Origin: Girardia tigrina
Taxonomy: Eukaryota
Direction of reading: 5' to 3'
DNA: 55,083 bases
Assembly: GCA_001938485.1 (NCBI GenBank)
Contig: MQRK01246687.1
Span: 1-55,083, forward strand
Part shown: positions 40,401 through 52,400 of the stretch, piece by piece
How positions within the stretch are numbered: the stretch's first letter is position 1
Layout: each line of letters begins with the position of its first letter
Notes under the pieces: model-generated
The model's input: only the letters and a program-made list of their open reading frames with translations
Database searches by the model: none
What the model was told of the DNA's origin: nothing
Made by a program: the position numbers and the translations under genes

Positions 40401-43400
40401 GATATGGAGGAAGAAAAGAAAACAGTAAAGGAGGTAGTCGGAACATGTATAGAGTGCCAACAAACAAAGACAATGACCACAAAGACAAAGGCAGAAAACG
40501 TTAAAATAACAGCGTCAGAAATATTTGAAAAGCTTTATGTAGATTTTTGTGGACAGTGGCATGAGACAGTAAGAAGAGAAAGATACATTCTCGGAATTAT
40601 AGATCACTTTAGCAAGTATACCAGCTTGACGCCAATCAAGAGACAGGACGAAGAAACAATTGTACAAACAATATTACAAAAATGGATATTAAAATTTGGT
40701 GGACCAAAGGAGATACATGTTGATTGTGGTTAGTTGATTTTCAGACTTTTGTCGGAAACGTGCTTTCATTTAATTTGAATCTCACCTAAGACGTGTGTTT
40801 AAATTAAATTAAATAAAATAAAATAAAAAGAATACACACAACCCAAGAAACCGTACATTATCTAAACATTTGGTACGCCGAAGACTCGATATTATGAGAG
40901 AGTTGAAAGATCAAGAAAAACTTGAGGTGGAACTGGAATTGGTGGAATCTCAATTGAATTTTGGCAGATTGTTTGATCAGGATTCCAAACAATGGCTAAA
41001 CAGGAAAATGGAAGTAAACGCCATTGAAGTAAATCAGTATCCAAGTGTTGATGAGATCAAGAAAATTCATGATATGTCACTTTGGAGTCCATAGGACGAG
41101 TGAACTGTTGAGAGGAAAATATGGGACTAATGCAGTAAAGGCTGATCAAATTAAGGAAGTTATCAAGCAATGTGTTGAGTGTTAAAAGATCTGTCCAGCC
41201 CCAAGAATTGAGTATCGACATGGGCAATTGTCAACTGACAAGGTATGATACCAACTTTATAGCGATGTGAGTTATTTCAACGGTATCGCGTATCTAACCA
41301 TAGTCGATTCAGCAACAAGATTTTGTATTTCGAAAAAGTTGCGTAGTGAATCCACCGAGAAAATAGATTGGCATATATATAGCATATGCTCTGAATTTGG
41401 ACCACTGAAACGTTTCTTTTCCGTTAATGCGACTGTCTACCAAAGTACCCGAATGAGACGGTTGCTAGAGGAGAATCAAGTAAGGGTTCACCGCAGCCTA
41501 TCGGCATCAAGGGAATTGGATGTGAGAGAGAAATCACCGAACCATTAAGACAGTGGTGGCGAGATCTGCACAGTCGATCAGCGAGTTTGTGTTTTTGTAC
41601 AACAGTACGATGGGTCACCGGGATGCGGGGCCCTATGAATTCATGTTCCATGCCAAGTCTCGAATTTCAATCATTCAAGATGAGCGTCAGGTTGAATGCA
41701 AATTCATCTCGGAGTGAATCTCGAATGATGAGTATCACGCTACATAGAAAAACCCGTTCAGCAATGGTGAGAATGTTTATTTGAGAGTCGACGGGAAATG
41801 CGATGATCCATGGATGGGGCCGCATGCAATTACATCGTTGAAGTATGTAGTTGGGGTGGAGCTGGACGACGATTGAAATACGAGGCATATATCCCACATC
41901 AGAAAGGCAGTGGAAAATCGAAAACTGATGTTAGTTGATTCCGATGATCGAATTTCAGACAGTGAAGACGAAATTAGTGGACCGGCAACGCAAGAGGTAA
42001 CTGCAGATTTCGCTGAACGGCCGGTATGGGTACGGAAGCCCCCTCAGTATCGATTATGTGATTTGATCTGGAGATCATGGGAGAGTTTAATTTAATGGAT
42101 TAATTCTAATTTGTTTTAATACCATATTTATCGGACTATAAGTCGCATCCCATTTTTTTAAATTTTGAAAATTAAATCCAACAGCGTATAAGTCGCATAT
42201 TTTTGTGACTTGAAAACTTGAATCAAAAACTTATTTTAAATTATGCAAATGAAGAAATTATTAAATTTAAATTAATATTATTTTAATTTTGACTTTAATT
42301 ATTTTTGTTTTATTAAAATAATTTGAATTTAAAATCCACGTTAAAAATGAAGAAAACAAGAAGATCGTTTACGGTCGAAAGAAAATTGGTAATTATTGCT
42401 TATGCTGAAAAACATGGTAACAGAGAAACAGAAAGAGAATTCAATATAAATGAAAAAAACATTCGGGATTGGAGAAAATGGAAACATCTTTTAAACGTTA
42501 TGCCGAAAAAAAGAAAGCAAAAAGAGGTGGATGTGCACATTGGCCCGATTTAGAAAAGGCCGTTAAAAAGTATGTAATTGAGAAAAGGAAGAAAGGGTTT
42601 TAAGTTTCTACAATTGATATTAGATTAACAGCGAAAAAAATGTCAAAATATGATTTTAATATTGAAACTTTTAAAGGAACGAATGGTTGGTGCACAAGAT
42701 TTATGAAAAGAAATAATTTAAGCATGAGAGCAGTAACTTCAGTCGGACAATCGTTGCCAGCTGATTGGGAAGAAAAAAGAATCATTTAAACTTTTTTATT
42801 AAAGATAAAAAGAGAGATATCAATTTGAAGCATCTTAAGAATATGGATGAAGTTTCTGTTAGTTTCGATATTCCGGATACAAGGACAGTTGATGAAAAAG
42901 GAAAAAAGATATTCTGATCAAAACAACCGGAAATTTCATCTTACTGAGTAAGTTAAAAATGAAGTCAAAAAATATTCTGAACTTGCAGTGATCCCTGGTG
43001 GCCTCACTAAAAGCCTTCAACCACTTGATCTATCAGTTAACAAATCGTTCAAATCTAAGCTAAAAATACATTGGAAAAATTGGATTATCAATGGTTTTTA
43101 ACAACAAAACGGGGAAAATCAAAAGAGCGACATATTCAGAAACATGCGATTGGATTGTTAAAAGCTGGGAAGATGTTACACCACAGTGTATTAAAAATGG
43201 ATTTAAGAAAGCAGGGATTCAAACTTATGATGAAAATATCGAAGGTGATGCTGATTCAGAAATTTAAACTGGAAGTGAGGAGAAAGATTTACAAGAAATC
43301 CAAACGGAATTTTTGCACAGTTTCGAAACATTTGAAATAATAGATGATGAAGATTTTGATGGATTCGAGGAAATCGAATAATCTTAAAATAAAAATATTG

Positions 43401-46400
43401 GTTTTGTTTTTATATATTGATGGTTTTATTTTTATATAAGTCACACTCGCGTATAAGTCTAACCAAATTTTTTTAATTTTCATACTTTTTTTCATATAAG
43501 CCGCGGTTTATAGTACGATAAATATGGTAATTTAGATTTCGAAAAAACCGCATTACTACAAATCTGTCGGTACAGTGCCTTCGCCAAAAGACGTCCGGAA
43601 GACGATGAAATCGATCGAAAACCGTTCAAGTTTTTAAATGGTTAAATTAAACCGATTTCGAATAATGACGATTTTGATAATTCTTACAAGGCATTTCGTG
43701 AAAATTTTATGAAAATACAAATAAAATACTAATTTATTTGTTAATTATATTTCTAAAAATCAATTTAGGTTAAATTTGCAAAATTTCGTTATCATCTGAT
43801 TCACAGTTTGTCGGTGAAGCTCAAATTTTACTATCATCATATATATGTTGATAAAATGCGAAATAGTGGAGGAACAGTGAGTGAATCCACGTAAAGTTGA
43901 AATCGATCTACATAGTCCGCATCGAGACAGTTCTGTCTGTAAAGCGCCTTTGCCAAAAGGCTCCGAGAGCCGACTTAACTGACTGGCTGTTAAATCAACA
44001 CGGAATTCGAAACAACTAATAATAAATTATAATAATTCGATTTAAAAATTAAAACAGAAACTTTCAAAGTCGAAAATTCAGTTCACCTGTCACGAGTATT
44101 TTTCTAGTTATCCATATTCACCTTTATTTATTATTCTTATTTAAATAGTTAATTTTTGTTTTTATCAAATTTTTCGAGCAATTTTCTGTAAATTAAAAAA
44201 GTAATTTTTAACAATTCAATTTTTAGAGAAAGATAAATTCTTATAAAAATATATTTTCCTATGTTAATCTCAATTAAATTTTTTCATTTATTGAATAATA
44301 CTAAGGATTCAATATTAATTAATTATTGAACCTTTGGAAACCTTTTAATAAATAATTGTGATGTTAAACTGCAAGAAGGAAACGTAAAAGAATTGACATC
44401 ACTTAATAAATTTATTATTTTAATTATTTTTTTATAAATTAAATAATTTGTTTTCAGAAATAGTTTTACAACAAAGAAAGAAAAATTACAAATACTTAAT
44501 TATATATAAATATGTTTACAATTACTAATTAAATGTTGTTAATCCCATTTATTACATCCCACAAATACACATTCATTCCTCCTAAACAATTTCTGCAGCA
44601 AAAGAAGTTTTTGTCATTTTATATTTAATAAAACATATAAAATCCGTTTTTGTTTTGTTCTTAATTAGAGAGAAGAATATTCTTTTAACGCTTAAAAAAT
44701 AAAAAAAATATTTTTATATAAAATTAAAAAAAAATCGCATTTTGTGTTCAGTTTACGTGTTTCGAGGACTCAGAGAAAGCGAGCGGAAAATTGCAATTTC
44801 CTTCAACAACAAACCAGTGGATTTTCGTCGAACGATGGACGAAATTGGTGTTGCAAAAGAACATTTCCAACAGAAGTAATTCAGATTGTTTTCTTTATGT
44901 TTTTGAATAATTAATTGAATTTTTCCGGAAAATTTTCGTGTTAAAAGAAAGAAAGAATAAAATATATATAAAATTAATCATTAATTCGGAATTTTCTTTT
45001 CCTAAACTTTTATTTAGAGTAAAGGATAAAAATGATATCGAAATATAATTTCCTTATTTTTAGTTAAATTGAAATTCCCCGGAAAAAGTAAATATTAAGA
45101 GTTGATAACTGGAAATTCGATGATTATTATTTATATATTTATCGGATTATTTAAACAATTATATTATTCAACATATTTATTAATTAATGGCATATTTAAT
45201 AATAAAAGAGAATAATACATTTTAAATTTTTATTTATTGAAAACATGTTTCCCCTTTATGACATCACCAGTTCTGAATTATAATCAAATTGTATATTTCT
45301 TTTAAAGTAAGAAGATCTTTAAATCATTCGTGTATTACTTTAAAATACCTAAATATGATTGGATGAATCCCTACAAACGTTTAAACTAGATTTCAAAAAC
45401 AAAATTATCAGTGCTTTTATAATTATCATTTCGTAAGTATAAGTCTGCACAGTGCTAATCAATACTATACATATGCTAATCAATAATGCACATGTGCTAA
45501 TCAATACTATACATATGCAGTCTGTCTAGGGTTAGTGCAAGTGTGCAAAATCAATAAGTTCACAATTGTGCAAAGTGCAAAATATTCATGCTTTTTTTAT
45601 ATAATATAGTGCAAAGTGGTGTCGAATGCCCATAGGGTATAGAAGGCGAAGAAAGCAAAATACGAAAAATCTGTTTGTCTAACTAACTGTCTAGGAAATC
45701 CGTACAAAAATTCCTAAAACTCAAATATATATAAGAGAAATTAGTACGGGCGAGAGTTAGCTTCAGCAACTGAAACAGCACAAAATCATAAGAAATACAC
45801 TGATGTCTAAAATGCACGGGTCATATAGACCAAACTGTGCGATCGCCGGGTTAATAAAAATAATATTTTTGTTTAAAAAGTTAATAAATTCACGTAAATA
45901 ATAAAATACTAACCTTTCCATAAGTAGTATTTTAGTAGATTATGTATAAAATAAGTAAGCTTAGCAGTAACTACTATATTAAACAAATTCAACTAATGAT
46001 AATACATTTATTACTATTTGTATGAAAGATGGCCTCACTATTTAATGGTTCGGTATCGTCCAAAAAATTGAGAACTGCTTAGCCTGATATTTCTGATGAA
46101 CAAACAGCTCTTCCGTCGATATGTCTTTCAGAAAATCTTTCGATTGGAACAAAAGTAAGTCGCTTTCTTTCCATCGCTCAACCTTTGAATTTTCTTTGAA
46201 TGTTTGGAATTGAGAAGTCAATTTTCGACCTTCAAAAACTTCTTTCTTTACAACTTGTAAAGTTTTTCCAACATTTGGTTTAAATACCTTATTTTTAATA
46301 GTGCTTTGCTATTTTTCCTTCAATGATTTTAATTCATTGTTGTTTATGGTATCTTTTACAACTTTAAATTCACTTTTATCACATTTTTTTTACTTTTGAC

Positions 46401-49400
46401 TCTGTTTTGGTTTACTGTCATTTTCATTCAAAGAAATAATTACGAAAAATATTTATTTTGTAATTTTTTTCTAAATTTTCTGGTCATTAAAGGATTTTAA
46501 ATTATTTTCTTCAAACATGTAATGAGTGAAACTACAGAAGTATGTTTAATACAGAGAAAATCTTTATAACATTGGAAATATATTTTTGAAACACTGTTAA
46601 TCATCATAATTTTCAAATGACGATGCAACACCTTGGTAAAATAGTCACTATACAACATAAAATCAAAATTATATCCAACAATAATTCGTGATGTAGATAA
46701 AAAGTCGTTAGACTCGTTTAAAAATAAAATTACAAAATTATTAAAATTTAATTAACAAGTTAATCGCCAGTGGTCAATATGTGTGATCACGGCGCGTCTT
46801 ACCGCTGGTGATCAAGTCGTTAAGTTTGTTAGTGTCAACCGTTGAAGGCCGTTTGAATGACATTGGATTAATAATTATTTTGAAGAGACAGAAATTGATG
46901 GAGTTGTTATTTACTGTCACGAAAATTCGGCTTTTGAATAAAAATTTTCTCTCTCAATTAATCCAATGAGACTTGGATAACTTTGTGATTATCAAATTTT
47001 TCTTTTTTTTTGCAAAAACGTTTGAAAATATACTTAAAACAATCGAAAAATTCAATATAATGAAATTGAATGTTGGGTATAACTCTATCCTATCACAGTC
47101 AAAACAACGTATTAAAGAGATAAGCAAATAAAATAAAAGGGTGTCTTATTATAATGCACAACGATTTAAATAACCGTTCGTTAATAAAAGAAAGTATTAA
47201 TTAATTTTACCAAACTATATTATCCAAATACAAGTTACAAATATTTACAATATAATGAGATAATACTAGAATATTAGATATCAAATGAATTCTAACGAGT
47301 CACTAAATAATGATGTAATAACTATAGTATAGAGTCCACCGATCTTTAGATAAAAGATTATTTGGTTGTTTAATGATGGTTACAATATCTGTTTTTCTTT
47401 ATCTTTATTTTTTTATTGCTAGGATTAATAAATCTGTATAAACCTTTTAATGTTTTCTTTTGTATGTGATTTTACTTCATTTAATTCGGGGTTAAGTGAA
47501 TTAAAATTTTTTTTGGCATGTGATTTTGATTTACGTGGTTTGTAGAGTATTTATTTGCTTTTCTTTTACATTCGATTTGTGATCTGTAGAATATTTATTT
47601 ACTTTATTTTTTTACAAAGAAAATCGGTGATTTATCTGGTTTCTATGAACTGGCTATTTTATCGAGCGAAAATATTGAAAATGTCTTTTAACATTCGCCA
47701 TATCCATTATCGCCGACACTTTAATCAATGAACATTGTATTTGTATTTGTAGACGATTAATCACAAACATCCGGTGAATAGATGGTATTTACAATTATTG
47801 GATAAATATTTTAATGACTAAGATGTTATTAAATTCTCATTTGATCGAATAAAGACTAATCAATTCCCGAGAGAGATTTCCGAATATAAATCAACGCAAA
47901 TTAACTAATTTCAGAATCATTTTTTTATTGAAATTTACTTTTATTTTTCCATTTAAAAACTTAATGATAAAAAAATCTCTTTATTGTTTTTTTCAATCAA
48001 CATACGATTTCCATAGAAGATCAATCACAAAGTTATCCAAGTCTCATTGGATTAATTGAGAGAGAAAATTTTTATTCAAAAGCCGAATTTTCGTGACAGT
48101 AAATAACAACTCCATCAATTTCTGTCTCTTCAAAATAATTATTAATCCAAATATAAATATTCTCTATCATCATTCAAATTTAATAATTCGAAATAAATGA
48201 TATTGAAATAAATGAAAATATATATCGTTGTTTATTTAAAATGAAAAAAGGAAAGTGAAACAGAAATGTTGATTATTTACCGTGCATGTTATTTCACTGC
48301 AATGTATGTGTTATTAATTCAGCTAAATTAAGTTCATATTTGACGTGGTAAATTTTATTTATTTTTATTATTCTAAATTGTAGTAGCGCTATTTTTATGA
48401 AAAGTTGTTAAATTTGTTAAATATTTCTATTCCTTAGTAAGAAAAAAAAGAATAGACATTCGACGATCATTTCGAATCGCTATTATTTTTTTCCTTACAA
48501 ATCTTTTAATACACTAAAGGAATTTTTTACGTTGAGGAAAATATTATAGGAGAGATATAAATGATAGTAAAAACTATTTGATTTCAGATAACAAAGTGTA
48601 CGTAATGATTAAATTTTAGATGTTACTTGACACTGGATCGGAAAGGATTTAATAGATTATGATATTCTGAGTTTTGTTGGCCGATTGTTCAATCCAGAAT
48701 CTGGAATAGATTGATTACGAAAGGCAAAATAATATTACAGATACCACTAATACAATGTAGCTTTTAAATCTTTTCTTTTTCAAATTTTGTATTTTGTTCC
48801 TAGTTATCGTGTCTCTTCAAAATATGATATCGTTTTCCACTTCTTAAAAATTTATAAATTGATTGGTAACATTTATAATTCAGCATAAAAATTGAATTTT
48901 CTTGGTACTTATTTTTCAAATTCTGTAATTGATTTTTATGGTAATAAATTTTCCAAATGTTGGATTTATAAAAATTCCGAATTTTAGAAAATCAAAGTCT
49001 ATGCATAAATAAAATTTGCATGAATTTTTCATTGACAAATCTTGTTCTTAAGACTAAAAAAAATCACAATTATAAATTAGGAAATAATTCGATAGAACAT
49101 GATAATAGATTGTTTGAACATTCGGGTATAAATTCCGGTTTTTGAAACTCTTCTAAAATTTCAATTTCCTTAGATGGGATCTTTGATAAAATTGAATCCG
49201 GATGTATCTTCCATGATAGTGTTGAAATCTCATTGACGGTAAAATATATATTATATATAACAAAATTATTGTATATATTATATATTAAAATCAATATTTA
49301 ATATTGATAAAAAACAAAATCAATATATATATATATATATATACTTACTGTAATAGCCAGATACTATTATCATATACAATTAATTTATGCATATATGGAA

Positions 49401-52400
49401 AAAATAATTATTATCGATCGAATCGATAAAATATTATGAAATTAACAATCAGTTTGTTGGATCTCCTCAACCATCATTTCAAACTCAGCCGTAATCTGTA
49501 GATAATGTCAAATTTATTTATATTTGGAATTTATGTTTCACAATTATCGTGATACCCTGCGTTACACACGAGGCAATGGGAGTGATATTCTCCGTCAAAT
49601 ACTTCCATCTCATCGGTAAAGTCAAAAGAAGTCATTGGTAATTGCCAACAACAGAGCATGATGTGGCATCATATGTCGAAGTAATATAATTATATTGTTT
49701 CTGTTCAATGCCTAAGAATTCTTGACAAATCGAAATTTGCTGATTTTAGTCGCTTTGATAAAATCTACAAGCTGATTTCCCCACTGTTCTTTTGTGACGC
49801 ATCCAACCGGATCATTATCCATTTCTCGGGTTTTCTGGTTTAGCCGGAACAGGAAATTTGTCTCACGTGGCACTCTCGCCGACCAATATACATCAAACTA
49901 ACGGCATCTAAACCAATTGCATTGCAAGTGCACCCGACTGATGTTTAGTAGCGGACTAAACAGGGAAATCAGCGTTCTGTACAACAAATTCCATGTGGCA
50001 ATTTCGGCAACACACATTTGGACTTGTCCGGGAAAATACTTGTTGACGCCGAATGATTTGACAGTTAATTATATTCTAGACAATCTGGTGTCTGTTGTGT
50101 TCCTAATAAATATTATTCATCTATCTAATTATCCTATAACGTTAATATATACTTTTTAGATACTTATATGTTTATTGACACGCGGTTACTAAAGTGTTAA
50201 TGTATATTGGTAAACATTATCAAATTTGTTGAGAAATCTATTATCTACTGTTGTTTTAAAAAAAAGTATAATTTTATCTAATTTTGGATAGTAATTTTGT
50301 TTTCTGCTTTTGATGAAGATTTTAAATTATGAGGCTGTATACCAACAGCAATAATTTTTTAAGAATAGATGCTCCTTTAAAGACTTATATTTACAATTTA
50401 TCTGAGAGTTTCCAATTAATAAATATTGAAAGAAGTGAAACTGTTCCTTTATCTAAATAGTGTGAGTGTTACAAAGACTGAGTTTCATTGCAGTTTAATT
50501 TATGTGTATCTTACAAATCTGATGATATTTTACCTACATTATTAATATTCTCCACTTGACTTATTTACTTCTCAATAACTTCCTGTGCTGTTTAATTTAC
50601 TCTTCAGAATTATTTTTTACTTTCCTTCAGGAGACTTGTTTACTGGTGTACAAATGTACTCTATTGTACCATGTATTTAGCGTTCAATAAAATTTACCCT
50701 CACCAAACTTAAAGTAATTTTTCAAACAACTCATCTCAGAAAACAAATACAAATAACAATAGCTGATGAATTTAAAAAAGAAATATTGACAAAAGCTTTG
50801 CTACCCATATCTTTCAGTAAGCCACCATGATTCGAGAATGCTACTTTTGCCCATTCGTTTTTTTGTAAATAAAATCTTCCTTTAGAACCATTAAACCTAC
50901 ACATGTCTCTAATCCAATCTTTATTAATTAAAAAATTGAAGTTCCAGGAATAAATTTATTTCTGTTTTACTCTAATCTCAATTTTTCTTTTTCTACAATT
51001 TCCATTTTTAAAATACACTTAAAAATCAAATTTTACTTTCATTTAAAAATTTTATATATTAATTTGTAATTTTAATCTCAATTGAATTTATTCTTAATTC
51101 CGGAACGAGTACGAAGGTTATATAAAATTATATTATTTAAAATGATTTTTGCCAAATATTAAATAAATTATTTTTCCAATAACCAAATAACCCTACTCGT
51201 TTTTATTTTATATTAAAATATTTAAAACAAAAATTCATTTGCATCTCAAAATTGATTAATTTTAATTACACAACCAAAAATAAAATTTTAAAACTAAATT
51301 CTTCTGTTAAAGTTTAATTTGAAAAATATTAAAAATTAAATACATAAATTGTAAAAAATAATTATTATTATACTTTTGTGTAATTAATCAATTAAATATA
51401 AATATGATTTTTGTTTCAAAGTTTGTAGTAAAAATGACTTTTAATTTTCAGAAGAGAAGAAAACGAATAAAATATAAATAAAGTGTATTTTAAATGTGCT
51501 CGAAATTGTAGATTCGAATTATTAGTTTTTTATTATTATTGTTACTCATATTCAAATTCCTAATCCTCTCCTGCCAAGAGACAAATTCAAATCAACATTT
51601 ATTATATTCATTTGAATGACAATTACTGATTGAAGTGACGGCCATCGGTTCGAGTTGTGAGGCGACAACCCTTATTCGTGCGGAGGTTCACCTGCGAGAA
51701 AAAACAACCGACCGCTTTGTTGTCGGTCGTGATCCCCACATATCGAGTGCCCGCCTGTCGACGGGTCGCTTTGGGTCGATATTCCAATCAGTGTGCACCA
51801 GTCCTCCGTTGTACACCGCCTACCGTGGGGCGATGGGTTCTACTAGGAAGCGTGGGTGGTCTCCACGATCCGCTCTCGCAACACCGGGCGGTCTTGTCGA
51901 AGAAGCAACGCGTGCCGATATCGCACCACCACTGGATAGATGCCGTTATCGCAATCGGTCGGATCGGTTCCGCTAGTGATACGGATTTTTAAGACAATGT
52001 GTTTTCTATCTTAAACGTCGAGACAAGAAGACAAACGAATAACGACATTTAATTTTTATTTCGATTCAAAAAGTTCACACCAATTTTTACTTGTGTTGTT
52101 TTAATAAAACAACAGTTAATTTTCAATGATAGTTTTTTTTATTTCTGTCTTTTCGCAATCACTACACTGATTCTTTTATTGCTTTTCGTTTTCGCTTATA
52201 TTTATTTGATGTAATAAATAATTAAAAATAATTTAATTAAAAAATTAATTAATTTAATTAAAATAATTTAATTAAAACGAATAAAATAATGAAAAGGAAA
52301 AAATTTAAATACTCTAATTTTATATGTATTAAATTAAAATGTAATGTAAATTAAAATGTATGTAATTAAAATTAAAAGATTTAAATTATAATTTATATAA

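Noticed and set aside
40869-40888. tRNA primer-binding site TGGTACGCCGAAG after ...AAACA
   Set aside because: It reads as LVRRRL, in frame with the RNase H remnant, and no tRNA 3' end was recognised beyond TGG.
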